Assembly (NCBI GenBank): GCA_964407715.1
Contig: CAYOWP010000001.1
Span: 1 to 64,000 of the forward strand
Direction of reading: 5' to 3'
DNA: 64,000 nt
Origin: an uncultured archaeon
Lineage (GTDB): Archaea; EX4484-52; JAADEF01
Shown here: positions 1 to 10,494 of the stretch, piece by piece
Numbering within the stretch: position 1 is the first letter of the stretch
How the letters are laid out: every line of letters begins with the position of its first letter
Translations under genes and position numbers: made by a program
The notes under the pieces: model-generated
The model's input: the letters and a program-made list of their open reading frames with translations, nothing else
The model's database searches: none
Told to the model about the DNA's origin: nothing

Positions 1-190
<190 letters not shown>

Positions 191-283
191 CCACCGAAGA
201 AATTCCTTGGAGAGAGAGCGGGGATAGATAGGGACACCAAATATCCAAAATATCTGTGAGGTCAAAAAGAAAAGGAATGCTTT

Positions 284-2734
284 CTAATACTCTTCCTTTA
301 TTATCTTATCAGAGATCCATGCGATCAATATGCCTAATATAAATCCTATTGTTGCCCCTATAAATAGCAATATCCATTCGCTAATCTCTAATGGAATTAC
401 CTTGAAATAACCAGAGAGGGAGGTATAGAGTATCATTAATTGAAGGATAATGGATGCAAATAGCGAGAAGATGAGATATTTATTTTTGAGGTTCTCTTTT
501 ATGGAGAGAAGTTTCTCGTTATATCTTATCACTGCAATTCTGACAAATTCATATAATATGAAACTTGTGAAAAGAATTGTTCTTGCTTTTTCTTCTCCCC
601 ATAAATATAAGGCGATGAGAAAAGTAAAAAATAACACCATGGCTTTTTTGATTCCTATTGCTACTATTAAAAATCCGAGTTTTTTGTTTATTATTCCCTC
701 CTCTTTTTTTCTTGGTTTTCTTTTCATTACATCTGGTCGTGGGGGATCAACAGATAATGCAAGAGCAGGCAGACCATCTGTGATTAAATTTATCCACAAA
801 ATCTGTATGGGATAAAGTGAAATAAAAGGCATGAACATAGTTGCAATCAAGACAGTCACAACTTCTGCTACATTACATGTCAACAAATAATCAACAAACT
901 TCCTAATATTATCAAATATCCTTCTTCCTTCCTTTATGGCATTCCTTATGGATGCAAAGTTATCATCAAGTAAAATGATATCACTTGCTTCTTTAGCAAC
1001 CTCTGTCCCTTTGATGCCCATAGCAATTCCAACATTTGCTTTTTTTAATGCTAAAGAGTCATTTACTCCATCTCCTGTCATAGCCACGTTATGTTTTCTT
1101 TGCAATATCTCAAGGATTCTTAATTTATGGAAAGGATTTGTCCTTGCAAATATATTTGCTCTTTCAAGAGCTCTCTCAAGATCTTCATCACTCATCCTAT
1201 CAATTTCATCTCCTGTCACCACATTGCCTTCTCTCATCCCTATTTCTTGAGCAATTGCTTTGGCTGTTAAAGGATTATCTCCTGTGATCATGATCACATT
1301 TATACCAGCATCATAACACTCTTTTATTGCCTTTTTAACCTCTGGCCTTGGAGGATCGGAAAGAATAACAAGTCCAAGAAATGCAAGATCCTTTTCTTCA
1401 AGTTTATTGCTTTCTTTATATGCCAAACCCAACACTCTATATCCCTTAGATGCAAATTTTTTGTTTTCTTCAAGTATTTTCTCTTTTACTTCCTTAGATA
1501 AATCGCATTTCTCTATAATAACTTCTGGAGCCCCTTTTGAGAATACAAAGGAATTTCCATCTATTTTACATAGCACACTCATCATTTTTCTCTCAGATGA
1601 GAAAGGTATCTCATCTATTCTTTCACCTTTCCTATTTATATATCTCATTGAGAACTGCTTAAGCGCGATATCAGTTTCATCTCCAACCCATATCTCTTTA
1701 TTATCTTTCAATATTGTTTTAGCATCATTACAGAAATAACAACAGTTTAATGCCATTTCCTTATGCTTTTCATTGTTTTGGTCTATTAGCCAAATATCCC
1801 TTACTTTCATCTTTCCTTCTGTTAATGTACCTGTCTTATCAGTACATATGACATCCATAGCCCCTACGGATTCTGTGATTGCTAATTTTCTTATCAATGC
1901 ATTCTTCTTTGCCATTTCTCTTGCGCCTAAGGAGAGCGCGATAGTGATTACAGCAGGCAAATCTTCAGGCACAGCAGCTACAGCCAAGGAAATAGCAATC
2001 AACCCAGCATCTATTAAACCAAATTTCCTATATCCAACAATAAAGGTAATAAGAATTATGAGGAGTGTGAAGATCACCAGTTTTTTTGTGAATTTTTTCA
2101 TATGATGCTGAAATGGTGTCTCTTCTTCTCTTATCTCTTGCATTTTTGATGCTATTTTTCCTAATTGCGTGTTCATTCCAGTAGCAAAAACCTTGGCTAT
2201 GGCTTTACCAGTATAGACACTGCATCCTGAGAATATCTTATCCTCCTCTTTTTTCATCTCAGCTTTGGATTCTCCTGTCAGTATGGACTCGTTCACTTCC
2301 AATTCTCCCTCTATGATTATCGCATCTGCAGGTATTACATCTCCGCTTTCCAAAACAATCAAATCATCTGGAACAATTTCTGTTGCATCAATTTCCTGCT
2401 CCTTACCATCCCTTATCACCTTTGCCTTTGGCGTTGCAAGTTTCTTTAGCGATTCTATCGTTTTTTCTGCTTTCCATTCTTGGATAAATCCACATATACC
2501 CGCTGCTAAAACTATTATAAGAATCAATATTGAGTCAAAGTATCCTTCATGATTATAATAATTTACCAAAAACGAAACAATGCTTGCAGCTATTAGGAGC
2601 AATATGAGAGGAGATTTAAACTGAGAAAGAAACACGCTTAGCGGTGATATTTTCTTCTCTTCCTTAATTTCATTTTTTCCATATTTTATTAACCTTTCCT
2701 TTGCTTCTTGTGTCGTTAAGCCTTTATATTTCAT
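284..2734 (-). CDS. Cation-transporting P-type ATPase (P2A, Ca2+-ATPase-like)
   Basis: DKTGTLT phosphorylation motif, TGES, KGAPE, TGDGVND and multiple TM helices. Start placed at MKYKG (ORF track extends to 2749). Confidence 0.93.
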   Translation of the reverse strand: MKYKGLTTQEAKERLIKYGKNEIKEEKKISPLSVFLSQFKSPLILLLIAASIVSFLVNYYNHEGYFDSILILIIVLAAGICGFIQEWKAEKTIESLKKLATPKAKVIRDGKEQEIDATEIVPDDLIVLESGDVIPADAIIIEGELEVNESILTGESKAEMKKEEDKIFSGCSVYTGKAIAKVFATGMNTQLGKIASKMQEIREEETPFQHHMKKFTKKLVIFTLLIILITFIVGYRKFGLIDAGLIAISLAVAAVPEDLPAVITIALSLGAREMAKKNALIRKLAITESVGAMDVICTDKTGTLTEGKMKVRDIWLIDQNNEKHKEMALNCCYFCNDAKTILKDNKEIWVGDETDIALKQFSMRYINRKGERIDEIPFSSERKMMSVLCKIDGNSFVFSKGAPEVIIEKCDLSKEVKEKILEENKKFASKGYRVLGLAYKESNKLEEKDLAFLGLVILSDPPRPEVKKAIKECYDAGINVIMITGDNPLTAKAIAQEIGMREGNVVTGDEIDRMSDEDLERALERANIFARTNPFHKLRILEILQRKHNVAMTGDGVNDSLALKKANVGIAMGIKGTEVAKEASDIILLDDNFASIRNAIKEGRRIFDNIRKFVDYLLTCNVAEVVTVLIATMFMPFISLYPIQILWINLITDGLPALALSVDPPRPDVMKRKPRKKEEGIINKKLGFLIVAIGIKKAMVLFFTFLIALYLWGEEKARTILFTSFILYEFVRIAVIRYNEKLLSIKENLKNKYLIFSLFASIILQLMILYTSLSGYFKVIPLEISEWILLFIGATIGFILGILIAWISDKIIKEEY

Positions 2735-2763
2735 GAGACTTATCACCAAATCATGAAGATTTC

Positions 2764-2907
2764 TTACTTACCGCTTACTTTTAGCATGATCCATAAACTG
2801 AACATCAACAGTATTGCAATAACAATCAGCTTTATCACATCTCCAATACCAATGCGAATGTCGATTCTACTTTTTCTCTTTCCCTTTTTATTATCTTTCT
2901 TGTTCAT
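2764..2907 (-). CDS. Small single-TM protein (47 aa, not in ORF track)
   Basis: Hand translation MNKKDNKKGKRKSRIDIRIGIGDVIKLIVIAILLMFSLWIMLKVSGK: basic N-terminus plus one hydrophobic helix. It fills the gap between smc and the ATPase on the same strand. Confidence 0.6.
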   Translation of the reverse strand: MNKKDNKKGKRKSRIDIRIGIGDVIKLIVIAILLMFSLWIMLKVSGK

Positions 2908-5434
2908 TGAGCACCACCGAGAATACTTGACTTATTCCTCTTTGCATGGAGATTCCATAAACTCTTTGAGCCTTTTGCACAGTTATATCATTATGCGAAA
3001 TAACGATAAATTGAGAGTCTTTGCTATATTCTGCGATCATCTCTCCTATGAGTTCAGAGTTCCTCTTATCTAATGCAGCATCAACCTCATCCAACAAATA
3101 AAACGGCGCTTTTTTATAATGCATAATTGCAAATAGAAAAGTAAGAGAAACAAGCGTTTTTTCTCCACCAGATAACGAATCTATATTCTGTAATTTTTTC
3201 CCATATGGCTGAGATTTAATGATTAATCCGGAATCAATATCTCCTTCTCTTTCAAGCTCTAATTTTGCATAACCTTTTGCAATCTTTCTAAACAGCTCAG
3301 AGAAGTTTTTATTTATTTTTTCAAAAGCGTCCATAAATATGATCCTCCTTCTCTGTTCAATTTTCTCTATCATTTCCTCTATGCTTTTCTTTTCTTCATA
3401 TAGCTTCCTTACCTTTTCGTTATACTCATCAAATTCCTTTTTGAAGGTCTCATAATCCTCTATTGCTTTCATATTTACCAGCCCTATTTCTTTCAATGCA
3501 GAATCAATTTTTCTGATTAGACGCTCTATTTTTAATGGATCCTCTATCTTTAAATCCTGCAATGTTTCTTTATACTGCTCAAAATCTCTTTTTATGTTTT
3601 CAAATTCTGTTTCTAATCTTGCCTTTCTTATCTTAAGATTGTTTATCTCACTCTCTAATAGAAGCATTTTTTCATAACATCTTTTTCTTTCATCTTTAAT
3701 CTTTTTGAGCTTTTCTTCCAAAATCTTCTTTTTATCAAGCAGCGACGAGAGATCCTTACTCTGTTGTGATTGCTTTTTCTTTAAGTTCCTTAATAAATCT
3801 TTGAAATCCTTTACCTCTTGCTCAAGAATCTTATTTTCCTCATTCAATATCTTTATCTTCTTTTCAGCGTTCTTTATTTCAGATTGAATCGCATGAATTC
3901 TATCTTTTTCATGAGACTTCTTTATTGAACCTCCTATTATTGCTCCTCCTGGTTCAAACAGCTCACCATCTAACGTAACTATTCTTACACCTCTTATCTT
4001 CTTTGCATCCTCCATGCTCTCAGCAATTAAAGTGTCTCTAAATACATAATCCACAGCATTCTTATATCGCGAATCATACTCCACAATCTCAGATGCATAC
4101 CCTATAATGCCAGGATTTGACTTCAACATTTCAACATGTGGAGAATGTTTGAACTTTTCAAGTCTATCAAGTGGTAAGAATCTTGCTCTTCCAAGGTTGT
4201 TTCTTTTTAAGAATTCAATGCCTTTAAGCGCATCTTTTGTAGTCTCAACTACGATATCCTTGTCATGATTTCCCATTGCAATCTCTATTGCTGTAGAGAA
4301 CTTTGGATTGTGATGTATAATATCCCTAAAAAGCCCAATTACCCTTATGTTTTCCCTTTCAAGTAACTTTAAAAGCTCATATTCTTTTCTTTCTTTCTGT
4401 GCCTCAAGCATGCGTTTGTAATGTTCTATATTCTTAAGCAACATTGCAATTTCATTTTCGTTTTGTTTTATTTTGCTCTCCCTTTCATAAATCTTTTCCG
4501 CTATTTCATTGATTTGCTTGACTTCAGCATCTTGTATAAAAGCCGTTAACTTTTTATCTATACTGCTGATTTCTTTTTCAATTGCCTCTATTTCCAAATC
4601 ATAATTCTCTATTTTCTTTTTTGCATGTGCATGTTCCTTCTCTTTGAGATCCAAAGTCCCATTAACATTTTCCATCTCATTTTCTATGATTTTGTATCTG
4701 CTATAGCTTAATTGTGCTTTAAGGGCATTTTTCTTTTCTTCAAGTTCTTTTACTTTTAGTGCTAAGTCCCTATCATACTTCAACTTTTCAAGAAATTCTC
4801 TTTTTTGCTCAAGTACTATCTTTGCATCATTTAAATTTTTCTCTGCTACTTCTAATTCTTTTAAAGCATTTTCTTTCTTTTTATTGTACTCATCTATACC
4901 CGCAACTCTATCAATGATTTCTCTCCTTTCTTTTGGTTTCATTTTTAGCAATCCTATAATATCACCTTGTTGGATTATGTTATACATTCCTGGTCTTATG
5001 CCTATCTTATCAAGTATTTCCATCATTTCCTCTTTTGTGGCTACTTTATCATTTATTTTATAATACACATTACCTTTGCGAGTTACTTTTCGTGAGATAG
5101 TGATTGTATCTTCATCTATGTGATCAATCAATCTGTCTTTGTTGTTTATTACTATGCTTACCTCTGCATATTCAGCTGGTTTTCTTCCATAACCTCCATT
5201 ATAAATTACATGTTCTAACCTTCCTGCTCTAATATCACGTGAGGCACTTCCCAATACAAATACAAAGGCATCCACTATATTTGATTTACCAGCCCCATTG
5301 GGGCCTATTATGGCATTGAAGCCTTCATAAAAAGGAATAGATGTTTTATTAGCAAAACTTTTAAATCCATCTAAGGTCAGCATTATAATTCTCGCATTTG
5401 TATTTTCTTTTTTAATTTTCTGTTGAAGTTTCAT
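2891..5434 (-). CDS. smc: SMC-family chromosome segregation ATPase with short coiled coils (847 aa)
   Basis: Walker A GPNGAGKS, Q-loop IIQQG, hinge GRARFLPL...GGAIIGG, signature LSGGEK, Walker B LLDEVDAALD. Confidence 0.92.
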   Translation of the reverse strand: MKLQQKIKKENTNARIIMLTLDGFKSFANKTSIPFYEGFNAIIGPNGAGKSNIVDAFVFVLGSASRDIRAGRLEHVIYNGGYGRKPAEYAEVSIVINNKDRLIDHIDEDTITISRKVTRKGNVYYKINDKVATKEEMMEILDKIGIRPGMYNIIQQGDIIGLLKMKPKERREIIDRVAGIDEYNKKKENALKELEVAEKNLNDAKIVLEQKREFLEKLKYDRDLALKVKELEEKKNALKAQLSYSRYKIIENEMENVNGTLDLKEKEHAHAKKKIENYDLEIEAIEKEISSIDKKLTAFIQDAEVKQINEIAEKIYERESKIKQNENEIAMLLKNIEHYKRMLEAQKERKEYELLKLLERENIRVIGLFRDIIHHNPKFSTAIEIAMGNHDKDIVVETTKDALKGIEFLKRNNLGRARFLPLDRLEKFKHSPHVEMLKSNPGIIGYASEIVEYDSRYKNAVDYVFRDTLIAESMEDAKKIRGVRIVTLDGELFEPGGAIIGGSIKKSHEKDRIHAIQSEIKNAEKKIKILNEENKILEQEVKDFKDLLRNLKKKQSQQSKDLSSLLDKKKILEEKLKKIKDERKRCYEKMLLLESEINNLKIRKARLETEFENIKRDFEQYKETLQDLKIEDPLKIERLIRKIDSALKEIGLVNMKAIEDYETFKKEFDEYNEKVRKLYEEKKSIEEMIEKIEQRRRIIFMDAFEKINKNFSELFRKIAKGYAKLELEREGDIDSGLIIKSQPYGKKLQNIDSLSGGEKTLVSLTFLFAIMHYKKAPFYLLDEVDAALDKRNSELIGEMIAEYSKDSQFIVISHNDITVQKAQRVYGISMQRGISQVFSVVLNEQER

Positions 5435-5446
5435 GAGGCTTCACCA

Positions 5447-6052
5447 TTATAGTATGATAAACACAAATGTTGTTATCAATACAATGAGGATGGCATATAT
5501 AAAAGAATATAATATTATCTTTTTCTTTGAAAAATATATATTAGAGAGATCAGCATTGCTTATCTTGTTGATAGCATAACATATAGAAACAAAACTAATG
5601 ATGTTTATACAAAACAATTCTATAAAGAATATAATGGCATTTATAATTCCTTCTCCATTTCCTATGAGTATCGTATTAATGACTATAAACATAAATATCC
5701 CAAGATAATATGCTACACGAAATAATATATATGCTTTGATTTTACTTATGGTAGAGATGCCTTCAAAGATTTTTGATATGGAGATAAATAAAGGTATAAA
5801 AAGTAGTTCTATGATAAATGCTTCTTTTAAGTTTGGGATGGTTAATATGAATCCAAGCATTGCAAAAAATATAAAAGCTAGATATATCGATACTATATCT
5901 TTGTATCTATATGAGAAAAAATAACATCCAGCACCTATCAGGCTCAATAGCACATATTTTATATTGTTAAGATATAACGATATCAAAAGGCTCATTATGA
6001 TAATAACGTATATAACTCTTTTTAGATATCCTTCCAATTTTTCATCAATCAT
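5447..6052 (-). CDS. Hypothetical multi-pass membrane protein
   Basis: 201-aa hydrophobic ORF directly upstream of smc on the same strand. Confidence 0.7.
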   Translation of the reverse strand: MIDEKLEGYLKRVIYVIIIMSLLISLYLNNIKYVLLSLIGAGCYFFSYRYKDIVSIYLAFIFFAMLGFILTIPNLKEAFIIELLFIPLFISISKIFEGISTISKIKAYILFRVAYYLGIFMFIVINTILIGNGEGIINAIIFFIELFCINIISFVSICYAINKISNADLSNIYFSKKKIILYSFIYAILIVLITTFVFIIL

Positions 6053-6107
6053 AAATATTTTTAGTGATAGAGAATTATATATATGTTAAGGGGTCAAGCA
6101 AAGGATA

Positions 6108-6223
6108 GGCATTGTCCAATAATCCCTTATTAATAGAATTTTGTTAAGCGGAAAAGTAACCTCTTAAAGAAGCACATCAGAGCAGCAAATCCTGTAGAGC
6201 TAATGCAATTATTGGCCAATGCC
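6108..6223. mobile_element. MITE-like element, copy 1
   Basis: TIRs GGCATTGTCCAATAAT / ATTATTGGCCAATGCC; perfect 9-bp direct flank CAAAGGATA at 6099-6107 and 6224-6232. Confidence 0.85.
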
Positions 6224-6234
6224 CAAAGGATAGT

Positions 6235-6672
6235 TATAGGGTTTAGCCTCTTCATCAGGCATCTCACAGCATTCCACTTTAAAGGCCACCATGCTGCACT
6301 ATGCTAAGAAACAAGATATTTTCCCGTTAACCAATTATTTTAAAATAATGGTTAACGGAAGGAAATTCATTTCACACAGCATATTGCGACATGGTGGCCT
6401 TTTTTGAAGGTTAGCTGCTGTCCAACGGGTTTTTATATGTTACCATACTTCAAGACCTTTCGTAATAAGGATTTCTTCCTGTTAACCATATTTTATTTTT
6501 AAGATAACATGGTTAACGGGAGGAAATCGCTATCATAAGCGCATTGCAGCATGCTAACCTCTCCAAAAGGTTAGCTGCTTCTTAACCGCTTTAGAAAGGT
6601 TAGCTGCTTCGATATGCTGAATAATGAGGTTATGTTTTCCGTTAACCATTTACAAAAAACATTAGGGCAGCT
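6235..6672. repeat. Palindromic-unit array (about 3 units)
   Basis: One degenerate unit ending at 6333, then units 6349-6488 and 6510-6648 bounded by TGGTTAAC/GTTAACCA with inner TAACC-N9/10-GGTTAG. Confidence 0.88.
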
Positions 6673-6736
6673 AATATCATTACAGAGCTTTGTAAGATTG
6701 AAATTTTTTAAATTTTTATAGTGGAAGCATTTTTAT

Positions 6737-7606
6737 ATGAAATCAAGAGGTTTAGAGCTGTATATAAAGGATTATGCGAATCTTCTTAGAAAGATATCAA
6801 AATTTGCGAAGCATCCTGAGAAACTATACATAATTACAGATTTTGATAGAACACTAACGTATACTTGCATAAATAACAAAAAGATACCTTCTTTGATATC
6901 TGTTCTTAGAGATCCAAAATTTGGAATACTTGGTGAAGATTATATTAGAAGAGCACATGAGTTATTCAATAAATATCATCCATACGAGCATGATCCTTCA
7001 TTGAATATTGAAGAGAAAAATAGTTTGATGCAAAGATGGTGGAGGGAGCATTACTCTTTACTCATAGAGAAAGGATTAAGAAGACAAGATATTGATAAGG
7101 CAGTATCGTATTTTAAAGGTAAATTGCGTGAATATGTTAAGGAATTTTTTAGAGTTGCACATGAATATAAAGTTCCTATTATTATAATTTCATCTTGTGG
7201 TCTTGGAAGCTATGCTGTACATAAATACTTAGATGTGCATGGAATCAATTATGATAATGTGTATGTTATAAGCAATGAATTGGAATGGGATTCCAATGGA
7301 AAGATGGTTGGATGGAAAGAACCATTAATAACAGGCTTTTCAAAATATCTTATCAACCTTAAAGAATTTCGCGATATTTATGAAGTAATAAAGGATAAAG
7401 ATTACGGGTTAGTTTTTGGTGATAATGAGGATGATTATATTGTTGGAAAGAACAATTCACGTGATATGATAGCAATAGGATTTGTAATGAGAGATGTTCA
7501 GAATTTTGATATATTAGCTGAGGAATATAATGCCTTAATCACGAATGATGGAGATTTCAGTTTTGCATTTGATGTATTTAAAAGGATAATAAAGCAACCT
7601 TTTTAA
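6737..7606 (+). CDS. HAD-superfamily pyrimidine 5'-nucleotidase (cN-III/UMPH-1-like)
   Basis: Motif I DFDRTLT, MQRWW segment, VISNELEWD and motif IV GDNEDD, as in NT5C3-type enzymes. Confidence 0.8.
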   Translation: MKSRGLELYIKDYANLLRKISKFAKHPEKLYIITDFDRTLTYTCINNKKIPSLISVLRDPKFGILGEDYIRRAHELFNKYHPYEHDPSLNIEEKNSLMQRWWREHYSLLIEKGLRRQDIDKAVSYFKGKLREYVKEFFRVAHEYKVPIIIISSCGLGSYAVHKYLDVHGINYDNVYVISNELEWDSNGKMVGWKEPLITGFSKYLINLKEFRDIYEVIKDKDYGLVFGDNEDDYIVGKNNSRDMIAIGFVMRDVQNFDILAEEYNALITNDGDFSFAFDVFKRIIKQPF

Positions 7607-7640
7607 ATTAATACACGCCTTTAACACATATGGTGGTACA

Positions 7641-8219
7641 ATGAACACATTTGAAAAAATCAAGGAGTTAAAAGTGAAAGATGTGATGGATGAGAAATTT
7701 GTGATTAATGGAGTTAAGGATACAATAATAGATGTCTCAAGAGACATAACCAACTTAGGTGCATCAGAATCAATAATTGTTGAAGGAGAAGGAAATGTAA
7801 AGGGCATTGTTACTTTGAGAGATATTGTTTCTGCAATAGGAAAGGGCATATCTCCAAAAGAGCATATTGAGATAATTATGACTAAAAATGTTATTGTGGC
7901 CTATGAGGATGATCCTTTAGAGGATGCACTACTAAAAATGGCGAAATATAACATCTCCAGACTTCCTGTTTTAAATAATAAAAAAGAGGTTATTGGGGTG
8001 CTTGGCGAAAAGAAATTATTGAAAGTAATTCCAGCTTTATATGAATTGCTACAAGAAAACTTGATGGAAGAAAGACAAGACATAAGCTCACAGCCATCTA
8101 ATGAAGAGTCCATTACAAGGGAAGGAATATGTGAGAACTGTGAGCAGTATTCTGAGGAATTAATAAATGTTGATGGCAAATGGCTATGTAAAGAATGTTA
8201 TAAAGAAATCTATGGTTAG
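7641..8219 (+). CDS. CBS-domain protein with C-terminal zinc ribbon
   Basis: Tandem CBS motifs (GIVTLRDI, ISRLPV) and C-terminal CENC...LCKEC. Confidence 0.88.
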   Translation: MNTFEKIKELKVKDVMDEKFVINGVKDTIIDVSRDITNLGASESIIVEGEGNVKGIVTLRDIVSAIGKGISPKEHIEIIMTKNVIVAYEDDPLEDALLKMAKYNISRLPVLNNKKEVIGVLGEKKLLKVIPALYELLQENLMEERQDISSQPSNEESITREGICENCEQYSEELINVDGKWLCKECYKEIYG

Positions 8220-9223
8220 CTTTTATTTCTATAGGATTTTAGATGAGAAGACAAATATTGGAGAGAAAGTTTATCCAATTCTCTTTCCAATTCTGGCAAT
8301 CCTTCTCCTGTTATAGAAGATACAAAAAAGACATTTCTACGGCTTTTATCTTTTTTTAATGCTTTGATATCTTCATCACTTAGAAGATCAATCTTTGTAT
8401 AGACAATCAAGATGTTTTGTGGTTTAAAATGCCTTTTTATATTATTAAGAAGTTCCATTTGATCCTCTAACATATATCCTGATGTCATGGTAGAGTCTAT
8501 CACAAATATGATATTCTTGGAGAGATATTTTAATGCCAAATATCCTTTTTGTTCTATATCACTTAGCTTCTCAAAGTTTTTCTCCAATAGACCAGGCGTA
8601 TCTATGAGCATATAATGCTCCTTATTGCCTATTAAGATATCTTTTGTTGTAAATGGATATGGTTCTATCTTTATGTCTGCACGTGTTATTGCCTTTATTA
8701 ATGAGGATTTTCCTACATTTGGATATCCTGCCACAACAAAAGCCACTTTTGACTCATCTATCTCAGGAAATTTTCTAAGTATCTTAATTACATATATAAG
8801 ATAATCTAAGCATTCCTCTAAATCCTCTATTAAAGAGGAAACTCTCCCATAAAAACTTCTCATTTCCTTTTTTATTTCCTCCACTTTTCTATAAGTTTTT
8901 ATTTTTTTACGGGTTTTATTAGATAGCTGTCTTATCTTTCGATTTGTCCAGGAGATATGATAGAGACATTTTTTGTATGTGCTCATGCAAGCGTATGATT
9001 TAAAAAGTTCTTTATAGAAATCAGAAAAAGAATCTATCTTTGGAAGAGATTTTACTATCTTTGATAGCTCATTGTTTATAACATTTTCTACCGTTGAAAC
9101 TTTATTTAATGCTTTCTCTTTTTTATCTTCTATTCTCTTACCATGCGCTTTAATCTCTCTTGCTCTTCTAAAAGCCTTATCAAGAATCTCCTTTGGTTTT
9201 TTTATTGTAAAAGATATCTTCAT
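8216..9223 (-). CDS. NOG1-family GTPase
   Basis: GYPNVGKSS, YPFTT, DTPGLL and TKID motifs after a helical N-domain. Confidence 0.9.
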   Translation of the reverse strand: MKISFTIKKPKEILDKAFRRAREIKAHGKRIEDKKEKALNKVSTVENVINNELSKIVKSLPKIDSFSDFYKELFKSYACMSTYKKCLYHISWTNRKIRQLSNKTRKKIKTYRKVEEIKKEMRSFYGRVSSLIEDLEECLDYLIYVIKILRKFPEIDESKVAFVVAGYPNVGKSSLIKAITRADIKIEPYPFTTKDILIGNKEHYMLIDTPGLLEKNFEKLSDIEQKGYLALKYLSKNIIFVIDSTMTSGYMLEDQMELLNNIKRHFKPQNILIVYTKIDLLSDEDIKALKKDKSRRNVFFVSSITGEGLPELERELDKLSLQYLSSHLKSYRNKS

Positions 9224-9280
9224 AATATCTCCATATTGAAGGCTATTTAAAAAGAAATTAAATTTAAGAAATCTTTTCTT

Positions 9281-10165
9281 TTATTTTCTTTTTCTTCCTA
9301 TTAATATGTCCTTATAGATATGAGGTATTTCTTCCTCTTCTTCAATCATTTTTAACTCCTCAAAATACTTATTCTTTTCCTCTTTTATGATATCAATGTT
9401 AACTTTCATTAGGGTCTCCTTTAGCATTTTTGATGAAATTCCAAGAGGTATTGATACAGAACCTTCCTTTATAACCACATATTTTTCAATTTTTTTGATG
9501 TGATATTTTTCATTTTCACATTCTATACTTATTGCTGTAATAACTTCCTTTTTATTTAGCTCTTCTTTGTTTGATATATTGAGATCTTCAACCTTTTTTG
9601 CTACGGAGGTTTTCTTTTCAACAAACTGAGGAATACATGCAGCAAATATCATTCCGTTTTCTTTTAAAATTTCTGGGAGTAATTTCTCTATTCCCCCAAG
9701 GAAATATCTTCCAGTTTCATAATAATCTTTGACACCTCTAACATATTTATATTTCTCTTCCATATGTGGATTCATTCCTGGAGCAAAAAAGGTAATCAAA
9801 TCATATTTCTCTATCTTTGAAAATTTTATGAGATCTTTATAATTACATTCGCTTACACTCATAGGAATTATTGTAATCTCTATTCTAGGATGTGCGTTTC
9901 TTAGATAATCCTTAGATAATTTTTCTTTTAAATAAAAGAGATATGGAACATAGGGCTCTACACCCACGATATTAACCTTTTTAACTTTTTCTATCTGAGA
10001 GAAATATGAGATAAAGGCATCTAAGTATGGCATATATCCACATCCAAAGTCTAAGACATTTATTTCTTTTCTTTCTCCACCAAACACATCTTGTGGATTT
10101 CCTAAATAATTGATCAGCATTTTATATATAACTTCATTTAATCTTTTTTTATCTTCCCATATCAT
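9281..10165 (-). CDS. Putative class I SAM-dependent methyltransferase
   Basis: VLDFGCG motif I, GVEP and YDLIT. Confidence 0.6.
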   Translation of the reverse strand: MIWEDKKRLNEVIYKMLINYLGNPQDVFGGERKEINVLDFGCGYMPYLDAFISYFSQIEKVKKVNIVGVEPYVPYLFYLKEKLSKDYLRNAHPRIEITIIPMSVSECNYKDLIKFSKIEKYDLITFFAPGMNPHMEEKYKYVRGVKDYYETGRYFLGGIEKLLPEILKENGMIFAACIPQFVEKKTSVAKKVEDLNISNKEELNKKEVITAISIECENEKYHIKKIEKYVVIKEGSVSIPLGISSKMLKETLMKVNIDIIKEEKNKYFEELKMIEEEEEIPHIYKDILIGRKRK

Positions 10166-10226
10166 AAAATTAAGATATCATTATTTTAGTTAGATTTTTA
10201 AATATTTGCATATAGAAAACAAAACT

Positions 10227-10383
10227 GGCATTGTCCAATAATTCTTTATTGTTAAGCGGAAATTTAACGCGCAAATAGCACTTATAGCGGTAATTGCATT
10301 AGCTCTATAAGGTTTGCTACTTTAATGCGCTTCTTTAAGAGCTATTTTTCCGCTTAACAAATAGAAAATTATTGGACAATGCC
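10227..10383. mobile_element. MITE-like element, copy 2 (perfect TIRs, no visible TSD)
   Basis: GGCATTGTCCAATAATT...AATTATTGGACAATGCC with subterminal TTGTTAAGCGGAAA/TTTCCGCTTAACAA. Confidence 0.85.
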
Positions 10384-10494
10384 TAATGGTAGAGATTAAC
10401 AAAAATTTTTTAAATATATTGTGTGAAGATAGATAGTTTAATAGGGATAAATTTAAAAAATTATCTTCAATTATTCTCGCCATGAGGTGGTAAT

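Noticed and set aside
6320-6650. GTTAAC (HpaI-site) clustering as a methylation signal
   Set aside because: Many unit ends read GTTAAG/CTTAAC, so the hexamer palindrome itself is not what is conserved.
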